DNA from: Candidatus Aenigmatarchaeota archaeon
Lineage (GTDB): Archaea; Aenigmatarchaeota; Aenigmatarchaeia; CG10238-14; SCSR01
Length of the DNA: 64,000 nucleotides
Assembly: GCA_030615205.1 (NCBI GenBank)
Contig: JAUWZS010000001.1
Span: 143,212-207,211, forward strand
Direction: 5' to 3'
The notes beneath the pieces were generated by a model. That model was given only the letters and a program-made list of their open reading frames with translations. It was not told the origin of the DNA and did no database searches. Below, piece by piece: positions 1-8,635 of the stretch (position 1 is its first letter; every line of letters starts with the position of its first letter). A program made the position numbers and the translations under genes.

Positions 1-97
1 CTCCAAGAACGAAGAACCAATAGCCGAGGATTGCTACTACAGCTATGCCAAGCAGTAAAGCTATTATATAAGGTATTGGAACTGCTCCCTTGCTCAT
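1..97 (-). CDS. Partial (5' end only) pilin-like protein, N-terminus MSKGAVPIPYIIALLLGIAVVAILGYWFFVLG; runs off the window edge
   Basis: ATG at 95-97 (minus). Short N-terminus + KG|A + about 22 hydrophobic residues, the class III signal pattern. Co-directional with the pilin-like genes upstream. Confidence 0.4.
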   Translation of the reverse strand, partial: MSKGAVPIPYIIALLLGIAVVAILGYWFFVLG

Positions 98-174
98 CTT
101 TTAATTCACCTTAAAATTAATTTTGTATTTTAGTATATTAAAGATTTAATTTATTGCTTTTATCCAATCATTTT

Positions 175-1488
175 TCATTGTAGCACACAGCAACATGTTG
201 CTGGATATTCTGTACAATCTAATGGATATTCATAGCATTCATAACCATCTGTACAATCGCTAGGACGATCACAAGTTCCACCGACATCTGCACAAGATAA
301 AACTACTGGACATTTTACCGGATCTGGATAACAGTTAGCAGTAGCTGTGGGATTACCACACACACACCCCCACCCACAACATACACTACAGGTTGGAAAT
401 GGTTCACCTGTATCAATACAAGATCCTCCTACTGTACAAGAATGGCAATCCCAGCATGCTGGACATATACCACAACAACAAGATGCTATTGCTTCATCAC
501 ACCAAAGACGATCCCCGACATAAGTATATTTCATGCTAAAAATGAATGTCCCTCCCAATGGTAATCCCTCCATACCAATAAAAGCCACTTTGAGTGCATA
601 CCCCCCTTCTAGATACCAAATATGAGATATCGGTGGTTTATACTTGTACGATATCCGAGTTTCATCTTTATCATTTATCAGAACAGCGACACTACGGGAA
701 GTGGCATCCCAATTTTTGTAAGTGAACTTGACTTTGTAATCAGAGTCTTCTATACATATTCCTCTATCAGCAGTACCTATATCCATTATAGCCGGAAGCT
801 TTATTTCTTTTTCTACATTTTTTTCGAGGGTTATATCACAAGGAGTATGATCACAAATCATAGTAGCTATGCATGTAACACCTGCGCTACAAGCATCTGG
901 CCAATAGTGATCTTCGCTCCATAAATAGAAAAGCCCATTAGCAGATATTGTACAACTATCATATTCTACTCCTTCTCTGCCAACAGTTTTTATCGAACAT
1001 TCTGAATCTTCGGGAAAAATTAAGTTATCATCACTATACCTATATCCACGACCGACAGTACAATCTGTTTTAAATAACGTGTTGTGACTATTTCCAGTAA
1101 CTACATCCCACCATGCATCTGTTATTGTTACACTATCCTCTAAAGTCACTTCAATTGGAAACCGCTTGGCATTCTCCCCACATACTTTATTATCTGGCCT
1201 AAATTCTGCAGGAAGTGCGCTGCAAAAATCTGAGCAATCTAAAAGATCGCTATCGACTGAATTTTCTGCAACAGCGCATCCATCCTTGCATCTGTAATAA
1301 GAACATTTTATAGCTTCTGTAAATTCGTCCCTATATTCTACTCCAAGCAAGGCTTTGATGTATTCTGTAATAGCCCCTACGTTGTTAAAAACATAAAACC
1401 CAAGTAATAACACTCCAATTATGAGACCTAACCAAATAGTTGTTGCTACTGCAACTCCTTTACGCATCTTTTTATTTTTCAAACTCAT
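175..1488 (-). CDS. Large Cys-rich secreted/pilin-like protein (437 aa) with class III signal-peptide-like N-terminus
   Basis: N-terminus MSLKNKKMRKG|VAVATTIWLGLIIGVLLLGF. Shares the EAIKCSYYRCxxGC motif with the next ORF. C-terminal ~110 aa hold about two dozen Cys, including CCC runs. Confidence 0.75.
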   Translation of the reverse strand: MSLKNKKMRKGVAVATTIWLGLIIGVLLLGFYVFNNVGAITEYIKALLGVEYRDEFTEAIKCSYYRCKDGCAVAENSVDSDLLDCSDFCSALPAEFRPDNKVCGENAKRFPIEVTLEDSVTITDAWWDVVTGNSHNTLFKTDCTVGRGYRYSDDNLIFPEDSECSIKTVGREGVEYDSCTISANGLFYLWSEDHYWPDACSAGVTCIATMICDHTPCDITLEKNVEKEIKLPAIMDIGTADRGICIEDSDYKVKFTYKNWDATSRSVAVLINDKDETRISYKYKPPISHIWYLEGGYALKVAFIGMEGLPLGGTFIFSMKYTYVGDRLWCDEAIASCCCGICPACWDCHSCTVGGSCIDTGEPFPTCSVCCGWGCVCGNPTATANCYPDPVKCPVVLSCADVGGTCDRPSDCTDGYECYEYPLDCTEYPATCCCVLQ

Positions 1489-1539
1489 ACGCCTAATATT
1501 AATTCGAATTTTGGATTTATTAAAAATTAGTCTATCGCT

Positions 1540-2421
1540 CTATGGTAAGGTTACTGTTGGGCTGCACGCCCCATCAACACAGATTGTTCCTGCAGGACAA
1601 CTAGTATCAGCCGAACCTACACATGAATCGCCAGTCGGGTTGCACATGTATTCTCCTATATTATTAGCGGGTAAACAAGTATCAGTGTAAGAACCGGTTG
1701 GATCAGTACAGGTTCCCTTTACCAATTTATTATCTCCGCCATCTGTATCAGTGCACGCTGCAGGAGATTCGGTAGTAACAGAGGTGTCTTTTGTTCCTAA
1801 TATGCCCCATGGATAACTCCAAGACCAAACGTAATATGTACCAGGCTTTATTACTAGTGATTCATAATTGTCACCAATCATATGAAGCCCTCGGCATATA
1901 CCCTTACCAATTTCTTGCTCTACATCATCTTTATCAACTATTACTACTATTCGATCACCTCCTAAAACATTAGTATAATCCACTTGGCTCATCAAACAAT
2001 CTGTAAATTCGATTTCATTCATATAAACTGCAGTTTCTTCGATTACTTGCACCTTAACAGGGTGACCCTTGGCCTGATCGTCACAAACTTTCGCCGTTTC
2101 ATCGTACCACTCTGAACATGGACAATTAGCATCTGTTAAATGCTGCCATGTCATAGCGTTAACATAATCGCATCCTTCCGTGCATCTGTAATAAGAACAT
2201 TTTATAGCTTCTACCATTTCCTCTCCAGATGCCCATTCTCCATTCCCTTCTCCATTTTCTCCTGGTATTCCTAATGCATAAAATATGCGCGTTGCCGCAT
2301 CTACCAAACCTGGCGCGTAAAAAATAGCAAGGTATATTCCAAAAGCAAAAATAACTATGCCAAGGAATAGAAATACTAGATAACGTGTTGCAACTCCTTT
2401 ACGCATCTTTTTATTTTTCAA
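1540..2421 (-). CDS. Cys-rich secreted/pilin-like protein (293 aa), paralog of 175..1488 in the N-terminal part
   Basis: N-terminus (TTG)KNKKMRKG|VATRYLVFLFLGIVIF; an ATG start is possible at 2406. Carries the EAIKCSYYRCTEGC motif. C-terminus has a CTDTDGGDN...C...C...DGAC module. Confidence 0.75.
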   Translation of the reverse strand: MKNKKMRKGVATRYLVFLFLGIVIFAFGIYLAIFYAPGLVDAATRIFYALGIPGENGEGNGEWASGEEMVEAIKCSYYRCTEGCDYVNAMTWQHLTDANCPCSEWYDETAKVCDDQAKGHPVKVQVIEETAVYMNEIEFTDCLMSQVDYTNVLGGDRIVVIVDKDDVEQEIGKGICRGLHMIGDNYESLVIKPGTYYVWSWSYPWGILGTKDTSVTTESPAACTDTDGGDNKLVKGTCTDPTGSYTDTCLPANNIGEYMCNPTGDSCVGSADTSCPAGTICVDGACSPTVTLP

Positions 2422-2445
2422 TGTCTACCGACCTCGGGACTTGCT

Positions 2446-2715
2446 CTAGCACCCTAAAAGAGGTCCTATAACCGGCCAATTCAAAACTGGTATTTGGTTG
2501 CATATCATTCTTTTGAATCCGCTAATCAAATTTTCTACTGCATTAGTAACTAGAGGCATCGTATCTGTTAAAAACAACCAAACCAGTATCAAAGCTGCAA
2601 CAGCAAAGACAAGGCTGACTACCATCGTCAATACCTTTCCACTCACACCTTTTTTGCCAAGCGGTCGCATATCCATTTGCACCTGCACGTTCATTTGCAT
2701 GCTCGTACAACCCAT
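2446..2715 (-). CDS. Small pilin-like protein (real start probably MDMRPLGKKG.., near 2670-2676)
   Basis: RPLGKKG|VSGKVLTMVVSLVFAVAALILVWLFL fits the class III signal pattern. Same strand and operon as the platform and ATPase genes. Confidence 0.5.
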   Translation of the reverse strand: MGCTSMQMNVQVQMDMRPLGKKGVSGKVLTMVVSLVFAVAALILVWLFLTDTMPLVTNAVENLISGFKRMICNQIPVLNWPVIGPLLGC

Positions 2716-2725
2716 AATATTATTT

Positions 2726-2887
2726 TTATCCTAGAACTTCTTTAATAAACAGGGCTTCAATCAGCTTACGGGCCCCGCCAAAAAACAAAGCGATTATCAC
2801 TACTATCAAAATCAAAAGCACTATGGCATAAAGTATGTAGCGGTCCACATCTCCTTTTTTTCCGACAATTTTCCATCCGAACTTCAT
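2726..2887 (-). CDS. 53-aa small membrane/pilin-like protein, below the ORF-track length cutoff
   Basis: Hand translation: MKFGWKIVGKKGDVDRYILYAIVLLILIVVIIALFFGGARKLIEALFIKEVLG*. It lies directly downstream of the platform gene. The track ORF 2766..2948 in another frame looks non-coding. Confidence 0.4.
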   Translation of the reverse strand: MKFGWKIVGKKGDVDRYILYAIVLLILIVVIIALFFGGARKLIEALFIKEVLG

Positions 2888-2899
2888 TGCGATACGACC

Positions 2900-4882
2900 T
2901 CAGACTAAACCTGTTATTGGTATAAGCGACACAAAAACAGAATAACATACCACCATTACGACTGAATAGATTGCGATGGCTAATAAAAGGGTCTTGCCGA
3001 GTTGCAGGCGTTTCAGCAGGCTTTCATCACCATGTTCTATTATACTAAGAAAGATCGCGATCATACCAACGACTTCCATCATGTAAATACTCACGATCAA
3101 TTGGAATGTCTGGACAGACATCATCTTGTCAAGATTTACAATAGAAGTGAACATCCCACTGCCTGCAGCACCAAGCGGACCAAATTCTCCTAGATTGCCG
3201 TATATTTTTTCTATAACGCCTTTGAGCATAACAAGCATTCTCATTATCATGGCTGAAAGCGCAACAACTATGCCTGATGACAAAGGTGCAAGAAGTATTG
3301 CTTGCATCTGCATTGTTGACGTGACTTCTCCGAGCATTTCTTTAAGATATTCTTCCACATCGTGCGAGTCCCTTAGATAATTGGAGATCGTTATCATCGC
3401 TTTTGAAGCAGTGACCATGCCACGCTTTGAAATCTCAACAATCGCATGCATCACTGCATTTATGAGCTTTGATGGGTATTCTCGAATTGCACCGGAGTCT
3501 TTGTCAAACACTGCCTGTTCAAGCGTCATCCCAAAAGTCTCTATGTTGTATAGTATCTTTTCGAAAAACTTTGATATTTTCAGGTTCTTGATTTGTGGAG
3601 TTATACTTTTCAATGCTGTTTCAAGAGGTATGCCCCGACTTATTTGGTTTCCTAGCTGAAAGAGCACCCCTGCAAACTCGCTTTCGATTTTCACAACCTC
3701 TGTACGCAGTTTGATTTTCCTAATGGCTGATAGAATACAATAAGAAACTACTCCGAAGCTTATCCCTAGTGAGACAATCAAAGAGTGGATAAGCTGCTCT
3801 ACGCCGAAAAATTCTGTAGCTATCAGTATCTGGTATCCGCCAAACGCAACAAAAGGAACAGCCACTGCTATTCCTATAGCAGGGAACAACCACTTCTTCT
3901 CTGCACGGAACTTTGGATGCCTAGTTATGTCCGGCTGGTGAAAACCATATGGCCTCTTGTCAAGATACGATTTCATGATCCAATAAACCACAAGAGGGAG
4001 CATTATATTGTAACCGATTATTATGAAGATTGGCTGTATGCCTTCTGGCATGAAAACCGCCATCATTGGGAGAAAGACCAAACCAATAATAGGAAGAAGT
4101 ATGCCCAATGCATTCAAAACCATCACTGGCGTTTTCAAATCTTGCGCGTAATGCTTCATCCGCTCGCGTGTGCCCTGAAGCATAACTGATACAGCCTCGT
4201 CCAGAACACGCTCACGCCGAGTTGCACTTTCAATTGTCGATGTTTTGATAAGGTATAGCGCTTCTGCGAATTCATCATTTTCCCGTTTCCACTTTTTGAT
4301 GAAACTATCTAGTGCGACTGAGGCAGAATCAAATTTGCGTAAGTAAATGTCCCATAACAGCTGATGTAAATCTTCGCTTAATGCACCTCTGAGGTTGTCT
4401 GCTGCAAACTTGATTGCGTTTTCTATATTCGCACTCACCCGCATAGATATTGTCATGTAGACTATTGACAGAACCATCTCAGAACTGGCTTTTATACGGA
4501 ATATAACTGCAAAGTGGAATGGATAATCATAAAGATAGTAGAATATCACTACGCCAAGAACACCTATAACCATGATCGTAGCTAATGAGAACAGATTTAG
4601 AAAAACAGTTATGATTGTTGGTACTGCAACAGCCAAGATTGTTGCCAAAATTATTAATGAAAAGGCACCGCGTGGGCTAATTTTCAAATGGCTGAATTTT
4701 ATTGCTTCGTAATATTTGTCTATCAAGCTTTTCCACGGCGAAATCGGCAGAATCTTTTCAGAAATGCCACATAATTTTTCATATAGTGAAAGTGATATGA
4801 CCTTCGCTTCGCCTTTCAAAAACTCTTCATACTCTTTGGAGTGCATAGCAGGTATGTTTGCCCTTGTTGCCATTTCCCTCAC
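2900..4882 (-). CDS. FlaJ/TadC/PilC-type polytopic membrane platform protein of a type IV filament system
   Basis: 660 aa with alternating soluble helical domains and TM bundles. The start (GTG 4880-4882, or ATG 4873) overlaps or abuts the ATPase stop, the canonical ATPase-platform pairing. Confidence 0.75.
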   Translation of the reverse strand: MREMATRANIPAMHSKEYEEFLKGEAKVISLSLYEKLCGISEKILPISPWKSLIDKYYEAIKFSHLKISPRGAFSLIILATILAVAVPTIITVFLNLFSLATIMVIGVLGVVIFYYLYDYPFHFAVIFRIKASSEMVLSIVYMTISMRVSANIENAIKFAADNLRGALSEDLHQLLWDIYLRKFDSASVALDSFIKKWKRENDEFAEALYLIKTSTIESATRRERVLDEAVSVMLQGTRERMKHYAQDLKTPVMVLNALGILLPIIGLVFLPMMAVFMPEGIQPIFIIIGYNIMLPLVVYWIMKSYLDKRPYGFHQPDITRHPKFRAEKKWLFPAIGIAVAVPFVAFGGYQILIATEFFGVEQLIHSLIVSLGISFGVVSYCILSAIRKIKLRTEVVKIESEFAGVLFQLGNQISRGIPLETALKSITPQIKNLKISKFFEKILYNIETFGMTLEQAVFDKDSGAIREYPSKLINAVMHAIVEISKRGMVTASKAMITISNYLRDSHDVEEYLKEMLGEVTSTMQMQAILLAPLSSGIVVALSAMIMRMLVMLKGVIEKIYGNLGEFGPLGAAGSGMFTSIVNLDKMMSVQTFQLIVSIYMMEVVGMIAIFLSIIEHGDESLLKRLQLGKTLLLAIAIYSVVMVVCYSVFVSLIPITGLV

Positions 4883-7125
4883 TATATTTTCAATTTCTTT
4901 TTAAACCAGTTTTCCCATTTTTCAAAAATTATCTTCGAGTCCAAGCTTCCGATCTCTTTCTTAACGCTCTCAGATATTATGTGGAACATTTCATTGCCCT
5001 CTACTGTCCAATCTGCTTCGAGTATCTCCGGTCTGCCCAAACGATTCGCATAGTTGAGCATGGCCTCTTTTATTTTCGCACGTAGTTGTATGTTGTCCCA
5101 AATATCATCCCACCGACCATGCCATTCACGGACGCGCTCAGCAATTCCATTCAGCACTTCTGATTCGCCGTCTGTAAGCACAGGCGTCGGTTTAAGCCTA
5201 TCTTCTTTTGCAGAGTATTTCATTAAATCCACGAACCCGCCTTCTAAATCTGGGTCTTCTTTCCAATTTTTCCTTACTTCTGTAAGCGCTGTAACCCGGC
5301 GGAATCTATGCAGACCGTCTGGGCTTCTAAGCATACTGCATATTGTGATAAGGTCTATTGCTTTGAAGCTTGTATTAGGCACGCCGAGGTCGTTCACAAT
5401 TCGATCATAAACACCATAGGCAGACTCGCCATGTATTGTACCGCCAACGAAATTCGCAAGCGCGCCAATTCTCATTGCCTCGAACAATGCCTTGCCTTCC
5501 ACGCTTCTGACTTCGCCGAGAATCAAAACAGAATCGCCCAAACGTAAAGCAGTGCGCAGGGCTTCATCAGCCGGCAGTTCTGTTTCCACACGCGTTATAA
5601 CAGACCGCGACTTTAACCGCTCAATATTATAGCCCGCTTGACGCATCTGAACAACAGGAAGCTCTAAAGTGTCTTCTTGCACAATCATACGGAACTTTCT
5701 CATAACCTCTAACATCATTGCGCCGAGCAGCGAGGTCTTTCCAGAGCTTCTGCCTCCAGCTATCAAACATGCACGGCCGCCGTCGATTATAAAACTCATC
5801 AATCCAGCGTAGAGCGGATCGAAAAATTTCACTTTCAAAAACAGTGGGAAAGTCCATGGCCTCTCTCGATGGCGTCTGAATGTAAATGCAAGTCCTTCAG
5901 GCGAAAGTGTACGTGTTATCGCTGCTACACGTGCGCGACCGCCTGGCACCGTCAGTTCGGTGTCAAGCACTGGATTTGCTTCATCAAGCGGCCGGCCTGA
6001 ATAAAGCCTGAAACGTGTTGCCCAAGCCTCTGCATCTTCCTTTGTAGGAATAAGATTGGTCTCACATTCTTCAAAATCAGAATGGTAAATGTATATCGGT
6101 GTAAGTCCGATTGGCGAATTTACATGGACATCCTGTATTTTGTCGTCGCTCAATAGTAACTCGAGCACACCAAATCCGGCTGTGTAGCGTGCGAGTATTG
6201 TTGCCAGTTCTTCGATCTCTTCAGCGTCTAATGAAACATTCATTCTTCTGGCAAGTTCATGTATAAGATCTCGACCGATGTTTTTGAATATGGCCCGCGA
6301 CTGTTCTGGTTCTGCGATCTCTCTTTCGCTCGGCCTATGCTCTGCGAGGTAACGGCGGGCTGCATCAAGGATCGTATACTTTTCCTCTGTCAGCTTGAAT
6401 TCAGCAGGGGTTATGTGGTATATGTATCTGACACGAGTGGGTACTTTAAAAATCTCGACTAGCGTGTTTCCGATATAATATTTTTCAACAAGCCTGCCTG
6501 TTTTCGGTGGGACAAGCATGAAACGAGTAAGCATGAAATTCGGTCTGACAATAGGATGGAAAATATCTCTGTATATAGATCTGTCTCCTGGTTTACGCGT
6601 CTTAAGTGTGGGTTTTGCTAGCTGTATGAGTTTACACGATTCTAAAATTATTCTTATTGGCTCTAAGGCATGCTGTATGTAGTATGCATAGCACTGCTTT
6701 CTTTTTGTGCTTCGAGCAGATGTCATGCTTGATTTTTCGCGCAGTATCATCATTTTTATTTGCAAGTAAGCTCCAATCGGATCTTTACGCAGAACTTCTA
6801 AAATCAAGAACTGGAGTTCAGCTAGTCTTCTTGGATAAAATTCTTCACACCCGGCTGGTCCAAGTTTATCTAATGAAAGAAGCTTATCAACATTGAGAAT
6901 CCTATTAAATGCATCTGCTATTTCTATAAGCATCTTCGTTTGCTCAAAGTCGTACTCGTTCTCTCTTGTTTCTGCAAGCACGATGCGAGTGACGCCTTTA
7001 TTCTTTATGAGCTTGTCAATCGTTGTTGCCATGCACGCTTCAAAGTCTTCTATGCTTGATCCATATACGCATCCTAAACAGTTCACACGCAAAGTATTAT
7101 TCACTATTTCAGATTCACATACCAT
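4882..7125 (-). CDS. Type II/IV secretion-family ATPase (FlaI/PilB/VirB11 superfamily) with a long N-terminal extension
   Basis: Walker A AGGRSSGKTSLLGAMM. Typical GSPII_E-like core (..LILGEVRS.E...F.AM..G..). 747 aa. Confidence 0.9.
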   Translation of the reverse strand: MVCESEIVNNTLRVNCLGCVYGSSIEDFEACMATTIDKLIKNKGVTRIVLAETRENEYDFEQTKMLIEIADAFNRILNVDKLLSLDKLGPAGCEEFYPRRLAELQFLILEVLRKDPIGAYLQIKMMILREKSSMTSARSTKRKQCYAYYIQHALEPIRIILESCKLIQLAKPTLKTRKPGDRSIYRDIFHPIVRPNFMLTRFMLVPPKTGRLVEKYYIGNTLVEIFKVPTRVRYIYHITPAEFKLTEEKYTILDAARRYLAEHRPSEREIAEPEQSRAIFKNIGRDLIHELARRMNVSLDAEEIEELATILARYTAGFGVLELLLSDDKIQDVHVNSPIGLTPIYIYHSDFEECETNLIPTKEDAEAWATRFRLYSGRPLDEANPVLDTELTVPGGRARVAAITRTLSPEGLAFTFRRHRERPWTFPLFLKVKFFDPLYAGLMSFIIDGGRACLIAGGRSSGKTSLLGAMMLEVMRKFRMIVQEDTLELPVVQMRQAGYNIERLKSRSVITRVETELPADEALRTALRLGDSVLILGEVRSVEGKALFEAMRIGALANFVGGTIHGESAYGVYDRIVNDLGVPNTSFKAIDLITICSMLRSPDGLHRFRRVTALTEVRKNWKEDPDLEGGFVDLMKYSAKEDRLKPTPVLTDGESEVLNGIAERVREWHGRWDDIWDNIQLRAKIKEAMLNYANRLGRPEILEADWTVEGNEMFHIISESVKKEIGSLDSKIIFEKWENWFKKKLKI

Positions 7126-7232
7126 ACTGTAAAACCTAATTAAATTTATCTTCGATTACACAAATTCTTTATTAAGTGTTTGTTAAATCATAAATCATAT
7201 CCGGACTGTTGCCCGAGCTGTTGGTGTTTTAA

Positions 7233-7622
7233 TTGGCGCCCCAATCCAAAGAATCAAATGTACTTACTGAGCTTGTCAGAAGAATAAACGAAGATAGAAG
7301 AAGGATCAGGCTTATAGAGCAGAGCGTCAACCGAGTAGAACAAAACCTAAGCTCTATTGAAGAGTCTGTCATTTCGCAAATGGGTGACTTGAAAATAAGT
7401 CTTGATCGCATTAATAACAAGCTTGCATCAGCAGCCGAAAGACTAAGCATGATAGAAAGCGATATAGCCAGGTTGAATAAACAGACAAGTAAAAGTGCGA
7501 CAAGAATTGAACTCAAACAAATCGAGAGCTTTATAGATCTTGTGAATCCAATCACATCGAAATTTATAACAAAGGATGAACTTGAAAGGGCACTCGACGA
7601 AAGATTAAAAAGAAAAATCTGA
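7233..7622 (+). CDS. Coiled-coil protein, unknown function (129 aa, TTG start right after an in-frame stop)
   Basis: Heptad-like charged sequence (LTELVRRINEDRRRIRLIEQSVNRVEQNL...). The opposite-strand ORF 7229..7555 is Leu/Ser-rich, as expected for an antisense shadow. Confidence 0.6.
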   Translation: MAPQSKESNVLTELVRRINEDRRRIRLIEQSVNRVEQNLSSIEESVISQMGDLKISLDRINNKLASAAERLSMIESDIARLNKQTSKSATRIELKQIESFIDLVNPITSKFITKDELERALDERLKRKI

Positions 7623-7670
7623 TTTGTGGTTGATTTAAAATTGTAGCTCTGATTTATGGCTGATTTAATA
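7619..7670. repeat. Two ~22-nt direct repeats (CTGATTTRTGGYTGATTTAA) spaced 30 nt apart
   Basis: 7619-7640 ctgatttgtggttgatttaaaa versus 7649-7670 ctgatttatggctgatttaata, 19 of 22 identical by eye. The first copy overlaps the stop codon of 7233..7622. Confidence 0.6.
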
Positions 7671-7672
7671 AA

Positions 7673-7764
7673 GAAAAAAGCTTATAATATATTGATAAAA
7701 AAAGAAAATTTAATAAGCGGATAGATGTGAGCAGCTGTGGATAGCTGAAAAAAAGCTTATAATA
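7673..7764 (+). promoter_or_regulatory. Duplicated A-rich/TATA-like element GAAAAAAGCTTATAATA (7673-7689 and 7747-7764) flanking GGATAG half-site repeats, upstream of 7779..8576
   Basis: Two near-identical 17-18-nt copies containing TTATAATA. ggatagatgtg / ggatagctg lie at about 7719 and 7739. The exact TSS cannot be set from sequence. Confidence 0.3.
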
Positions 7765-7778
7765 ATCAGAGTGAGATA

Positions 7779-8576
7779 ATGCAATTGCCTTTTTTTGGGA
7801 AAAAGAAAGCTGAAGAATCTAAGGGCAGAGGCTATGTTCCTACAGATAGAGTAAGGGAGCTAACAGGTAAAGGTTTTTCTGAGCTAGACGCGATTGATGC
7901 GCTTAGACGCGAAGGGTTTTCGCCAGATGAGATAGATAAAGCTCTCACACAAGCTGTGAAAGAAGGGGTTGTCGGCAATAGCAGAGGAGCTGGTGGGCTT
8001 AGAACTGGCGGTTTTGTTGAACCATCTATGCAACCAGTCCAGTCTTCCCAGGATTTTGATCAAGCTTATCAATCGTTCAGGCAACAAGAAAGACCGACAC
8101 CTAGTTTTCCACCAAGAAAAGAGGCATCTGAAGAGAAAGGGAACGAAGAAGGGCCTGTATTAAAACTGCCGACAATTGAAGAACTTCAGCCGCATAAAGG
8201 AAGTATGCCGTCCATGCCTGAGACATCATTGCCTGAGGAATACTATCAAAGTTATCCAACTGAAGAGTACGTTGATTACGCTGTTCAAGAGAGGACACAA
8301 GATATAATTGAGCGGATGAACATACTCGCAATAAGAAACAGAGACTTGGAAAATAGGATAAAGGAAATGAACGAGCGGGTTCGTGAGCTCGGAAAGGGTC
8401 GAGCCAACGAACAGCAGCAGGTCTTAAGCAGCGTAGAAACACTTAAAGAAACTGTAAACGATGTAAATATCCGAATGGCAAGTTTAGAAAAGGCATTCAA
8501 AGAAACACTTCCAGCACTCATAGAATCTGTGCGTGCATTGACCGACCTTGTCCAGAGATTGAAAAGAGAATCTTGA
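7779..8576 (+). CDS. Protein with N-terminal UBA-like helical hairpin, low-complexity linker and C-terminal coiled coil; unknown function
   Basis: VRELTGKGFSELDAIDALRREGFSPDEIDKAL resembles the UBA/TS-N pattern (helix-GF-helix-G-helix). The C-terminus is heptad-rich (RNRDLENRIKEMNERVRELGK...). Confidence 0.65.
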   Translation: MQLPFFGKKKAEESKGRGYVPTDRVRELTGKGFSELDAIDALRREGFSPDEIDKALTQAVKEGVVGNSRGAGGLRTGGFVEPSMQPVQSSQDFDQAYQSFRQQERPTPSFPPRKEASEEKGNEEGPVLKLPTIEELQPHKGSMPSMPETSLPEEYYQSYPTEEYVDYAVQERTQDIIERMNILAIRNRDLENRIKEMNERVRELGKGRANEQQQVLSSVETLKETVNDVNIRMASLEKAFKETLPALIESVRALTDLVQRLKRES

Positions 8577-8635
8577 GAATCTTAAGCATATTAGATTTAG
8601 ATTAGACTTTAATTTTATAAAAACAATTTTATAGT

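Noticed and set aside
622-924. 100-aa plus-strand ORF (and other plus-strand ORFs within 175..2421)
   Set aside because: It is antisense to the Cys-rich pilin-like genes, and the products are low-complexity.
2766-2948. 60-aa minus-strand track ORF
   Set aside because: It overlaps the platform gene's 3' end in another frame. The 53-aa ORF 2726..2887 in a different frame gives a clean TM protein instead.
7229-7555. 108-aa minus-strand ORF overlapping the coiled-coil gene
   Set aside because: Its Leu/Ser/Ile-rich product is what the antisense frame of a Glu/Lys/Leu-rich coiled-coil gene produces. The plus-strand product has sensible composition.
7619-7764. Possible CRISPR array or mini-array from the intergenic direct repeats
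   Set aside because: Each repeat has only two copies. The spacing and length do not fit a CRISPR array, and no cas genes are in the window.
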